Positions 23,930 to 35,766 of a DNA stretch of 42,780 nucleotides are shown piece by piece. The position numbers and the translations under genes were made by a program. The notes under the pieces were generated by a model. That model worked only from the letters and a program-made list of their open reading frames with translations, was not told the DNA's origin and made no database searches. Each line of letters opens with the position of its first letter. Position 1 is the first letter of the stretch. This stretch comes from Octopus bimaculoides (taxonomy: Eukaryota): contig NC_069007.1 in NCBI RefSeq assembly GCF_001194135.2, forward strand, positions 127,084 to 169,863, read 5' to 3'.

Positions 23930-24914
23930 ATAAGAGTTGATAGCTCATGACTGAAAGTCATCCGTGACTATTGCCCATGCAAAATGCGAGCAATACCTGT
24001 GCGTTAGGCTATTTATTGCACCAGCAGATGGCTACACCCACGTTCGCGTCCATAGTTTCTGTGCTTACTGTGCCACCCTCCACCTCAACTGGGCATGGGA
24101 ATGTCACCTTTCTGGCAATTGTGCAACCTTAAGATTTTAGATCCCACAAGTGTTGCACAGCACTTCACAGACCCTCTCCATCCTATTGACATGATTTAGA
24201 GATAACCAGTTCAAGATATCCACTGCCAATGAGGGTTGCAGGCTCAGAAAAATGGGAGTGGTTTGATCTCAAGTGCAAGCAAAAAAATCCCTCGAATGTT
24301 CAATGCCATTCCCTGCGCATCAAGTTTTATATCAGAATGACCTTTCTCCTGGAGATATGCTAATCATTAGATGGATAATCACCTTAAAATCTCTGGGTTT
24401 GATTGGCTAAGCCAGTACACACATACATATACACACAACTAAGTCTATTCACACATAGACTGACTGTTTGTCTGTCTGTACACACTTACACACCCACACA
24501 ACTCCATAACATATGTGTCATCACCAAACTGAAGGGGAGAGAGAGGACAAAAAGAGGACAAAATTCTGCCCCTTCTGGGACAGTGGTCAATTTATTTGAG
24601 AAAATAAATTTTAAGATTTGTTTTTTTATTTTATATATCCAGAAAGGATGTATATATCAAGTTGTATATCAGTTTGGTTGGTAAAGTAAGTTAGCATATA
24701 CATACATCTGCACACACACTCACCGTCACTTAGATCTGCTCATATATGTATCCACATATCCATATCTTTATATGTATCCACATATCCATATCTTTATATA
24801 CTTACATATATACGTGCATGCACACACACTATTTGGTGTCATTAACTCGTAGTTTCATGAGTCAAATACAGATGCCAGCATGGTGCCGGACATGACCATC
24901 CCATCTGTAATGGA

Positions 24915-25280
24915 TAATGACTGGTAAAGCAGAATGGTGAATAGAAGAGGGCCAAAACGAAGTTCCTCCAAAGGATCTGTGGGGTAATGTGAGTTGAGAG
25001 ATGAGGGAGTTGCTTCAGGTTAAGTTGCTTCTTCTCTGCATTGAGGAATTATAGCAGGGATTCTTCAAGCTGACCCAAACCAGTAGAAACCCAAGGGGCA
25101 GACCAAGAACAAAATGGTTGAATAATATTCACAGTCTTAGCTGGGGACACAGGAATATTCCAGCAGGAATATCTAATGACAGTTGCTTCTGATAGGACCC
25201 TATGGAAAAGGTGCCTAAGGGGTCTATCCACATGACCTTCCCACCCAGTAATAGGGGAAGAAAAAATAAAAGGATGGAAT
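24915..25280 (+). mobile_element. Decayed RTE-clade LINE 3' end (Expander/Rex3-like)
   Basis: Segments AKTKFLQRICGV, LQVKLLLLCIE, RNPRGRPRTKWLNNIHSLSW and VASDRTLWKRCLRGL match in order the RTE ORF2 C-terminus (GRPRTRW...W...VA.DR..W); internal deletion and stops. Confidence 0.8.
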
Positions 25281-26109
25281 TAACGGGTAGAAAGCAGAAA
25301 AACATTTATTGATTGTGGAGATTCATTCCTACATTTCGCAGAGAAAAATAAAATATATTGATGATATTCTGTTGAGCAGGATTTGACCAGTTTAATAGCA
25401 TATATTATAAAAAAGGTTGTCTCTTTCGATCCAAGCCACCTGAGACCACCACCACTGGTTCTACACTATAAATTTATTTTTTAAGCAAACTAAATTAAAA
25501 CCCACTTTTATCAAAATTTCGTTTTCCAGACACCAGATAAATAATTCTTCATTTTATTTAAAAAAAAAAAAGCGTTTTATTTCAACAAAAACATGTCACC
25601 AAAACTATCAAAAGTATTAAAGGCACACACACACACACACACACANNNNNNNNNNNNNNNNNNNNNNNNNNNNNNNNNNNNNNNNNNNNNNNNNNNNNNN
25701 NNNNNNNNNNNNNNNNNNNNNNNNNNNNNNNNNNNNNNNNNNNNNNNNNNNNNNNNNNNNNNNNNNNNNNNNNNNNNNNNNNNNNNNNNNNNNNNNNNNN
25801 NNNNNNNNNNNNNNNNNNNNNNNNNNNNNNNNNNNNNNNNNNNNNNNNNNNNNNNNNNNNNNNNNNNNNNNNNNNNNNNNNNNNNNNNNNNNNNNNNNNN
25901 NNNNNNNNNNNNNNNNNNNNNNNNNNNNNNNNNNNNNNNNNNNNNNNNNNNNNNNNNNNNNNNNNNNNNNNNNNNNNNNNNNNNNNNNNNNNNNNNNNNN
26001 NGGGGGTGGGGGATGTGGGTCATATACGAGAGGAAGGATTACTTAAAATATATTATTTTTCATATGTTTAGTGTTGCCTGTGCATGAGTGCACACACATA
26101 CATTTATAT

Positions 26110-26171
<62 letters not shown>

Positions 26172-26799
26172 AAGAGAGAGATGTGTATATATGCATGTGT
26201 GTGTATATATATGTCTACATGCATGTATTATATATGTTTATATGCATATGTGCGTGAATATATATACACACACACATATGGATGTATATCTTGTTACTAA
26301 TAAAGGCCCATAATATGAAATGTGGTGGGAGTTGGGTTATCAGATTATATAAACCTTAGTATGTCACTGGTATTTTATTTTACTGATGACCTCAGAGAGA
26401 GATGAGAGGCCAAGTTGACCTTGACAGAATTTGATCTCAAAATTTAAAAGGGACCCAACAAATGCCATCGGTCAGATAGTCCCGTACCCCACAGATTCTA
26501 GCAGTGATTTTTAGGCATAATTAGGCATTGGAAGATTGGCCAATATGTTTGTGTATGAAATATATTTTTTTACCAAGACTGGCCTAACATGTATGCATAA
26601 CCCAAGAATGGATTATGATGGTATTACATTTAGTCTGTCATGAACATTTCAACGATGCATGACTGAGATTCATCAGGGATACAATGGGGCTGTAGTCCAG
26701 TGACTGAAACAAGTAAAAGGTAAAAATTCACACAAAGACCAATATATATACTTACACATACCAGACTTCAGATATACACACACACACACACACACACAC

Positions 26800-27113
26800 T
26801 ATTTACATTTGATGGATATTTGTGCTCATCTTGTTTGTTGTTAACAGGCATATGGCATAGTGGTTAAGAGCGCAGACTACCAACCCCAAGATTCCGAGTT
26901 CGATTCCAGGCAGTGACCTGAATAATAATAATAATATCAAAAAATACCTTAGGAATGAGAACCCAGGTTCGAAATTTCCCCAAGACACCTGATGAAGGCT
27001 GGAGGATATATCAGCTGAAACATTGTGTTAACAACAAACAAGATGAGGACAAATATCTGTCAATTGTAAATAATGTAAATAATGTAAATAATTCCTCTTA
27101 AATATAGAACTGT
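26800..27113 (+). mobile_element. Composite non-autonomous element: inverted 47-bp copy of the 3' end, tRNA-like Pol III head, (AAT)n, hammerhead-like tail
   Basis: A box TGGCATAGTGG (26853-26863) and B box GTTCGATTCC (26898-26907); 26800-26846 is the reverse complement of 27026-27072 at 43/47 identity. Confidence 0.8.
26984..27029 (+). ncRNA. Minimal type I hammerhead-ribozyme-like motif (probably mutated)
   Basis: GACAC-CTGATGA-A-GGCTG(GAGGATATAT)CAGCT-GAAA-CATT-GTGTT: both conserved core strands, stem II GGCTG/CAGCT and stem I GACAC/GTGTT. Stem III reads ACAT instead of palindromic ACGT. Confidence 0.55.
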
Positions 27114-27477
27114 AACACACACACACACACACACACACCATTTGAACAGGTGTCTTTCTTTGCTATCAAACATTTTCGTTTTTGCACTCAACCCATTTTT
27201 TCTGAATTTTTCTTCTCTTTCACCTTAAAACTTGGTATTGTTTTCTCTTTCCTTATTCGTTTTACACTTCTTTGCTTTACTGTTGTTTTTTTTCTTTTGC
27301 TTTATGTTTCTACGATTTTCCTGCTTTCACTTTTCTGATACCATTTCATGCTTTTCGTTTCCTCTTTGCCTCAAATTTTATTCATGTTCTCCTTGTAATG
27401 TTTTATCTGTTTGTAACCTTATGCCTACTCAAAAATATTCGGTGATAGTTCTCTAATTGGCCAAAACAACAACAACC

Positions 27478-27508
<31 letters not shown>

Positions 27509-27513
27509 CATAC

Positions 27514-27530
27514 AGAGAGAGAGAGAGAGA

Positions 27531-27602
<72 letters not shown>
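27514..27602. repeat. (GA)n microsatellite
   Basis: About 44 GA units with one interruption. Confidence 0.95.
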
Positions 27603-27607
<5 letters not shown>

Positions 27608-28120
27608 AGACAGACGTTCATGTATATACACACACATACATGTACATTCTGTGTGTATACACACAGACACAAATGCAGCATGAATATGTATGCATATATT
27701 TATATACAAATGTGTATGAATATATATGTGTGTATGTAGTATACACGCAGCCACACATTTTGTCACTAACCACCATCAGAAGCTGGACATTAAAGAAGAG
27801 AGAAATAATAAGAAAAAAGACGAATCAATCCTAAATAACATCTTTTTCCACTGAGAGATTGGAGGGAATGTCTGGCAGTAATCCTGGTTATTCGATTCCA
27901 CTTCGCTTTTGGCAAGATCCATTTCAAAACTATTGAATACCTGCTTCAGTTTACAACTTTACATTATCAACACCTGACATGTTAACAATATAACCAACAT
28001 CATCATCCTCAACATCTCTCCTAACAATAACAGCAGCATCATCATCATCATTGCAGTGATGATGCTGATGATGGGGATCTTTCGCTTGGTGGCAATCATT
28101 AAAAACATTTCACAGATGTA

Positions 28121-28284
28121 TAGGTGCAGGGGTGGCTGTGTGATAAGTAGCTTGGAACCACATGGTTCCGGGTTCAGTCCCATTGCGTGGCACCTTGGGC
28201 AAGTGTCTTCTGCTATAGACTCAGGCCAACCAAAGCATTGTGAGTGGATTTGGTAAACGGAAACTGAAAGAAGCCCATCATGTA

Positions 28285-28327
<43 letters not shown>

Positions 28328-29211
28328 NNNNNNNNNNNNNNNNNNNNNNNNNNNNNNNNNNNNNNNNNNNNNNNNNNNNNNNNNNNNNNNNNNNNNNNNN
28401 NNNNNNNNNNNNNNNNNNNNNNNNNNNNNNNNNNNNNNNNNNNNNNNNNNNNNNNNNNNNNNNNNNNNNNNNNNNNNNNNNNNNNNNNNNNNNNNNNNNN
28501 NNNNNNNNNNNNNNNNNNNNNNNNNNNNNNNNNNNNNNNNNNNNNNNNNNNNNNNNNNNNNNNNNNNNNNNNNNNNNNNNNNNNNNNNNNNNNNNNNNNN
28601 NNNNNNNNNNNNNNNNNNNNNNNNNNNNNNNNNNNNNNNNNNNNNNNNNNNNNNNNNNNNNNNNNNNNNNNNNNNNNNNNNNNNNNNNNNNNNNNNNNNN
28701 NNNNNNNNNNNNNNNNNNNNNNNNNNNNNNNNNNNNNNNNNNNNNNNNNNNNNNNNNNNNNNNNNNNNNNNNNNNNNNNNNNNNNNNNNNNNNNNNNNNN
28801 NNNNNNNNNNNNNNNNNNNNNNNNNNNNNNNNNNNNNNNNNNNNNNNNNNNNNNNNNNNNNNNNNNNNNNNNNNNNNNNNNNNNNNNNNNNNNNNNNNNN
28901 NNNNNNNNNNNNNNNNNNNNNNNNNNNNNNNNNNNNNNNNNNNNNNNNNNNNNNNNNNNNNNNNNNNNNNNNNNNNNNNNNNNNNNNNNNNNNNNNNNNN
29001 NNNNNNNNNNNNNNNNNNNNNNNNNNNNNNNNNNNNNNNNNNNNNNNNNNNNNNNNNNNNNNNNNNNNNNNNNNNNNNNNNNNNNNNNNNNNNNNNNNNN
29101 NNNNNNNNNNNNNNNNNNNNNNNNNNNNNNNNNNNNNNNNNNNNNNNNNNNNNNNNNNNNNNNNNNNNNNNNNNNNNNNNNNNNNNNNNNNNNNNNNNNN
29201 NNNNNNNNNNN

Positions 29212-29260
<49 letters not shown>

Positions 29261-29437
29261 GTGAGTATATGTTTGTATGTGTGTGTTCCCCATCCCCTTA
29301 GTAGTTCGGCAAAGGAGACCGATAGAATAAGTACTAGGCTTACAAAGAATAAGTCCTGGGGTTGATTTGCTTGACTAAAGGCGGTGCTCCAGCATGGCCA
29401 CAGTCAAGTGACTGAAACAAGTAAAGGAATAAGAGAA
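28121..29437 (+). mobile_element. Family A tRNA/CORE-type SINE whose central microsatellite spans an assembly gap
   Basis: Head with GGTTCAGTCCC B box and GCACCTTGGGCAAGT (resembling the MIR/CORE motif GACCTTGGGCAAGT), (TA)n, Ns at about 28328-29211, (TA)n/(TATG)n, then a well-preserved tail ending GACTGAAACAAGTAAAGGAATAAGAG. Confidence 0.85.
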
Positions 29438-29751
29438 TGTATGTGAATTGTGTGCATGTCGCTAATTAAGATAACGAAGTCACTCTCTGTTGTTGTCGAG
29501 TCAGTCTGCAGAAAGGGTTTCATACAGGAAGGGTTTCATACAAGCAGTCATTCTGTTCTGCTAATTCTGTCAAGCAGAGTTTATTGAGGCAGACTTTCTA
29601 TGCCTTGGTGCTCTTCCTGTTGCCAACCCTAACCTGTTTCCAAGGGAAGTAGCATTTTCTTCTAATTGTCTTCATGTTTTAATTGAAGACTGAAAAATGA
29701 AGGAACTCATGTTTTAAAATTCTCATGCAATACCAAGATACCAATGCACAA

Positions 29752-29900
29752 CGGCTTCACACAGTTTCCATCTACCAAATCCACTCCCAAGATTTTGGTT
29801 GGCTCATTTCTGTAGTAGAATACCTGTAGAGTAGGACTGAACCTGGAACCATGAGGTTAGGAAGCAAGATTCTTTACCCCACAACCACACCAGTGTCTAT
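29752..29900 (-). mobile_element. Family A SINE head fragment
   Basis: CAGTTTCCATCTACCAAATCCACTC...GGACTGAACCTGGAACCATG...GGAAGCAAG. Confidence 0.75.
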
Positions 29901-29907
29901 GTATATT

Positions 29908-29942
<35 letters not shown>

Positions 29943-31004
29943 CATCTAATCGTCTACATCTGCGTATATATATATATACCTATTAGTGTATCTACAAAAA
30001 GTCTGTCTATGCACCAAACTCTTCGTATATACCACCCACCTGAGCTGTTAATGAACAGAATGGCTTAAACTTGGAAAACGTACACACACATGTACATAAA
30101 CGTGTGTGTGTGTGTGTCTATACATACATGCATACGTATATTTGTGTATATGTTTGTGTATGTATACATATATAATAGGAGTTTATGTATATATATTACA
30201 TATATTCATCATGATAAATGTTTCAAAAGAACATGAAAATACTTGTGTAAATATGAAAATAAAAAAATGAACTGCGAAAATCCAGCTATGTCAGATGTCT
30301 ATATATTATATATATATATATATACACATATATATATAAGTGAAGTGAGAGAAAGAAAGAGAGTGAGTAAGTGTGAGAGAATAGAATAAAAAGCAAAATA
30401 TTTTGAAGCAAACAGAATAATAGAATGGAAGAAAAATGAGGTTTGGAATAAACGGTCAATATTATGTTAGTTGAAGTAAGGAAATATATATCTTATTTGG
30501 TTGGAATAGCAATTATGGGAATATCAAGGAGAAGAATTGAGAAGCCAAGAGGCCTTCTGAGGATTCTGGAAGTAGGTTTTCATTTGAACAAGAGAAGTTC
30601 TTCTCGTTTCTTCACAAACTAAATTCCTTATAAACCCTGTCTCTCCTTGAATCTCTCCCTATTTCTATCTCTGTTCTCCCCCAATTTCTCTCTCTCTCTC
30701 TCTCTGTTTTTTCCCTCTCTGAACTCCTTCACTACAAGTCTAAATCTTCAGTATTTCATCCGGATGCACATAATATGTATAGTATAAGGAACTGGTTTGA
30801 TGGATTGACTGTCGGTTTGGAGATCGAAAACATCAAGACAAGAAAAGACAAGAGAAGATAGAATAGGATAGGATTAATGAGAAAATGCCACGGACGTCCA
30901 TGGAAAGATACATATATATATACATAGACAAACAAATCTATCTATCTACACACATATACATACATAAATGCATACATAAACACACACACACATATATATA
31001 TATA

Positions 31005-31140
31005 AGCACAGGCATGGCTTGTTTTCCAAGCAATTTGGTTTGGGGTTCAGTCCTATTGTGTGGCTCTGAGAAAAGTCCCAGGCTCACCAATGCCTTGTGA
31101 GTGAATTTTATTGATGAAGAGTGAAAGAAGCCCATTGTAT
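31005..31140 (+). mobile_element. Diverged family A SINE head
   Basis: GGGGTTCAGTCC...GCCTTGTGAGTGAATTT...GAAAGAAGCCCATTGTAT. Confidence 0.65.
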
Positions 31141-31609
31141 ATAATTTGTATAATTGTGTGTGTGTGTGTATCTTTGCTGTGACATCATATGACGAGTGTG
31201 AACATTGATTTGAAATCTTACATGGAAAACATGTCTAACCATGGGTAAAAATATCCTGTTGCTTGGAAATCAGTGAGGATTGGTGACAGGAAGGGCCGCT
31301 GGTCACAGAAAATCTGCCTAAGCAAATTCCATCTGAGCCATGCAACCAAGGAAATGTTAAAACAATGCTCATAACGTAAATAAACATCACAGTCACACAT
31401 GTTGTTTGTTTCCAGCCTTCCGTCTGGTCATAGGGAAAATATTACCTGGACACAGGTGTGGATTGGTGACAGGAAGGGCACCCAGCTGTTGAAAACCAGA
31501 GTCAACAGGAAGTCGGTTCCACAACTTGCTTCTTTTCCTATAGCCTTGGGCTTGCCAAAACTTTTGGTGTAAGCTTGACTCACAACAACTGCGCAGAAGT
31601 CTATTGTTG

Positions 31610-31647
<38 letters not shown>

Positions 31648-32659
31648 ATATTGAGACCACTTAAAAATCTGATCTTCTGTGTTTATTTTCTGTAACTAAG
31701 AGATACAGCTGAGTTAAGCATCAGGCTCTAAAAGTCAATACAGCTTATGTAATTGACTAAAACCTATCAATGATGGCTGAAATAAATAATCAGTCTTTCT
31801 CTCTCTCTTAAATATATATATCTCTGCATGGAAGTAATGAACTAGAAAGTGATGAATATTTAATTGAAGAAAAGAAGTGTGCGTGTGTCTGTGTGTGTGT
31901 GTGTGCATAGGGGAGGAGGGCGGTATGGAGGGTAGTGGAAGAGAACGACCTAAACAGGAAACTGAAGTCGATTAAAGGAAAACCTCTGAATTTCCAATAA
32001 AACTTGTGAAGATAAAAAGAATCCTGTTTATTTCGATATAGACACACACATACAGAGAACACACATTATTTCTATGTACACACACACACACACACACACA
32101 CATACATATACACCTACACAGATATATGTGTGAGTATTTCTTTATTGTTTTTTTTCTCATTGTCTGTTCTTTGCATGTTAGAATTGGTTGGATGAAAATT
32201 ACTGAAGCAGTTATTCCATGGCCAGGTGACCTTCCTGTCATCCTGTTTTTCGGGAAAGATTATCTTATCTCACAAATCTTCCAATGCCAAAGAATGTTGT
32301 CCAAGGTTCTCGATATGGAAGAAAAAGACGGCCAGCCTTTTCAAATTCAGTTTGATAGGGAATGGCGAGGGTGGAGAAGGAAGTGTTTTCCTTTAGTAAT
32401 ATATGCAAAAATGGGTGACAATGGCCAAAATGCTAAGAATGTGTGGCTCTTCCATCTCATGGCACTTCTTCCATCTTAGCTGAATTAATTCAACTTTGCT
32501 GTGTTCTATCCCTGGCAACACACTTCATTTTTGACCCACCAGAAAATTCTGCACAAGTGGTCAAAACCAATCTTTTTAGGGATGTCCCTTCACATCTTCA
32601 AAAACACAACCAAAATTCCCTGCCCCCGCAATTCATCAGATGATTCACTCATAGCTTGG

Positions 32660-32832
32660 CTGTACATCCCTGTAACTTAGCAGTTCAGCAAAAGGGTCCG
32701 ACACAATAAGTACCAAGCTCGAAAAAAAAAAAAAAAATTAAAGTGCTGGGTGTCAATTTGTGCTACTAAAAACCTTTCCAAGGCAGTGCCCCAGCATGGC
32801 CACAGTGAAACGACTGAAACAAGTAAATAAGA
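32660..32832 (+). mobile_element. Family A SINE tail fragment
   Basis: GTAACTTAGCAGTTCAGCAAAAG...GGCAGTGCCCCAGCATGGCCACAG...GACTGAAACAAGTAAATAAG. Confidence 0.8.
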
Positions 32833-33689
32833 AATATCACTGATCTCACCTTNNNNNNNNNNNNNNNNNNNNNNNNNNNNNNNNNNNNNNNNNNNNNNNN
32901 NNNNNNNNNNNNNNNNNNNNNNNNNNNNNNNNNNNNNNNNNNNNNNNNNNNNNNNNNNNNNNNNNNNNNNNNNNNNNNNNNNNNNNNNNNNNNNNNNNNN
33001 NNNNNNNNNNNNNNNNNNNNNNNNNNNNNNNNNNNNNNNNNNNNNNNNNNNNNNNNNNNNNNNNNNNNNNNNNNNNNNNNNNNNNNNNNNNNNNNNNNNN
33101 NNNNNNNNNNNNNNNNNNNNNNNNNNNNNNNNNNNNNNNNNNNNNNNNNNNNNNNNNNNNNNNNNNNNNNNNNNNNNNNNNNNNNNNNNNNNNNNNNNNN
33201 NNNNNNNNNNNNNNNNNNNNNNNNNNNNNNNNNNNNNNNNNNNNNNNNNNNNNNNNNNNNNNNNNNNNNNNNGGGGGAAGAGCACTTTGTACTAGGTTGG
33301 GAGAGAGGAGTACGGGGGGGGGGGGCGGTTCCTGTTTTTATTCACGGAAGCATAAGGTATTTTGGAATGCTGATGATGATGATGTATATTCTAGTTGTTG
33401 TTTAGCCCCAGGACTGCTCTGGTTAAGTACACTATAATCCAAGATGTTCCAACTTTGTGGCCATCCAGTTTTACCAATATTTTTTCTTTTTGTATAATGG
33501 AAATTACAAAGCCAATTGTGCATATCTTAAAGGTAAGATATGTGGTTTAAGGAAGATTTGGCTGTTATTTCTAGCACGTTTAGCAAGCCTGCAATTGGTT
33601 TCGGGGTAATGTGTATTCTACATGTTTGTACAACAGAACAGACATATATGTGCAAGCATGGAAAAGCAGTTAAATGAAGATGATATAGT

Positions 33690-33795
33690 AAAGCCTGGGA
33701 CAGTCCTTTGCCTAGGCAACCCCTGGCAATCAGTCCAACCCATGCCAGCATAGAAAAGGGATGTTAAGTGATGATGATGATGATGATGATGATGA
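33690..33795 (+). mobile_element. Family E SINE-like 3' end with (GAT)n tail
   Basis: CAGTCCAACCCATGCCAGCATAGAAAAGGGATGTTAAG(TGA)n. Confidence 0.7.
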
Positions 33796-33876
33796 TATAT
33801 ATAATGCATGTGAGTGAGTACATATAGGGTTTATTTGAAGAAAACTTGAGTACTCAACATACAGTGTATGTGTGTG

Positions 33877-33922
<46 letters not shown>

Positions 33923-34576
33923 GNNNNNNNNNNNNNNNNNNNNNNNNNNNNNNNNNNNNNNNNNNNNNNNNNNNNNNNNNNNNNNNNNNNNNNNNNNNNN
34001 NNNNNNNNNNNNNNNNNNNNNNNNNNNNNNNNNNNNNNNNNNNNNNNNNNNNNNNNNNNNNNNNNNNNNNNNNNNNNNNNNNNNNNNNNNNNNNNNNNNN
34101 NNNNNNNNNNNNNNNNNNNNNNNNNNNNNNNNNNNNNNNNNNNNNNNNNNNNNNNNNNNNNNNNNNNNNNNNNNNNNNNNNNNNNNNNNNNNNNNNNNNN
34201 NNNNNNNNNNNNNNNNNNNNNNNNNNNNNNNNNNNNNNNNNNNNNNNNNNNNNNNNNNNNNNNNNNNNNNNNNNNNNNNNNNNNNNNNNNNNNNNNNNNN
34301 NNNNNNNNNNNNNNNNNNNNNNNNNNNNNNNNNNNNNNNNNNNNNNNNNNNNNNNNNNNNNNNNNNNNNNNNNNNNNNNNNNNNNNNNNNNNNNNNNNNN
34401 NNNNNNNNNNNNNNNNNNNNNNNNNNNNNNNNNNNNNNNNNNNNNNNNNNNNNNNNNNNNNNNNNNNNNNNNNNNNNNNNNNNNNNNNNNNNNNNNNNNN
34501 NNNNNNNNNNNNNNNNNNNNNNNNNNNNNNNNNNNNNNNTATATATATATATATATGTATATATATATGCACACAT

Positions 34577-34890
34577 GTCTTGGACCTCTGCTTCACAAAC
34601 AACATGGCTCTCATCAATAATATTAAGGTGACACAAACGATTTTCTTGGACCATAACTGAATAAAGCTAACAAGGTGTGGCCAGCAGAAGACTACAGGCA
34701 TGCAGGCTGCTAGAAGCACCCAACTCCTCCTCTTCAGCCTGGACTTTCAGAAAGCTAATTGGAAGGGTATTGGTGAAAGAGGTCCTGGAACAGAACTGGT
34801 CTGCCAGTCTTTCTATGCAAGATATTGACATAAAGCGACAACACATTTATGACAATCATGCATAACATTTGCAGTAAGTTTGCTCCACAC
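34577..34890 (+). mobile_element. Decayed CR1/L2-type LINE ORF2 fragment (end of AP-endonuclease domain and linker)
   Basis: VLDLCFTNNMALINNIKVTQTIFLDHN*IKLT matches the LDL.FTN...SDH motifs. It is followed by LDFQKANWKGI, EVLEQNWSASLSMQDID and FMTIMHNICSKFAP, the usual post-endonuclease pattern. Confidence 0.8.
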
Positions 34891-35113
34891 ACATCTATGC
34901 ATTCATATACATATGTGGCGTCTGACATGCGTGAACGCATGCCTGTGTGTGTCTCTCTTACTATACTATACGAACCCTTACGATATTAACCCTTACACCC
35001 CATCATGTCAATATGTAATTTTTGTTTTCATTTCCATTAAAACAATATAACATTTCATAGACATAGTCTTTCTATAGTCAACTATAGTGCTGCACATTCT
35101 ATATGAGTGATTG

Positions 35114-35144
<31 letters not shown>

Positions 35145-35766
35145 TTGCACATTCGATACCTTTGACATAGTAAAAGATATTTTATATGACAAGGACAACA
35201 TCACATTTCGTATATCTGTGTGTATGTGTCTGTGAGTGTATGAGTGTGTATGTCTGTGTGTGTTTCTGCGTTAGGTACATTATTAAACACATACACACAC
35301 ACACATCTACATATACATATGTGACGACTGACATGCGTGAATGTAGGTCTGTATGGGTTCTTATTATATCTATGTGAGGCAGTATGTGTGTTTATCATCA
35401 CATTTTGTATATGAATGTCTATGTGTCTGTGAGTGTGTGCATGTTCATTACATACACTATTAAACACACACACATCTACACATATATACACATATGTGAC
35501 CAGAACGGCTGGAGGTGAAACTCTTGACAAAATCCAATTAGGTGGCACGTTCAAGGTATATAAAAATACACATCTACCGTTCAATTACCACTTCATAATT
35601 AGCACAACAGCTGCAAGGTTTCTACAATTAGCTTATATTTGGTTAATTTACACTGCATACAAAAATACAGACACACTACATACACACAACCGGTTACAAA
35701 AATAGAGATTAATGTATATTTTTTTCTATGATCATAATTTTTTGATGACAACATTGTAAAAAATAT

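Noticed and set aside
26640-26676. Minus-strand CTGATGA...GAAA at about 26675, and a similar one at about 38370
   Set aside because: The intervening sequence does not form a convincing stem II, so neither is counted as a hammerhead.
32126-32479. 117-aa plus-strand ORF with a polypyrimidine acceptor at about 32180
   Set aside because: No recognisable domain, no good donor, opposite strand to the better exon; one frame faintly resembles an RTE tail (PKNVVQGSRYGRKRR) but too weakly to call.
32845-32852. Minus-strand donor-like AAG|GTGAGA at a gap edge, hinting at an exon inside the gap
   Set aside because: Only three putative exonic bases are visible and there is no acceptor on the other side; untestable here.
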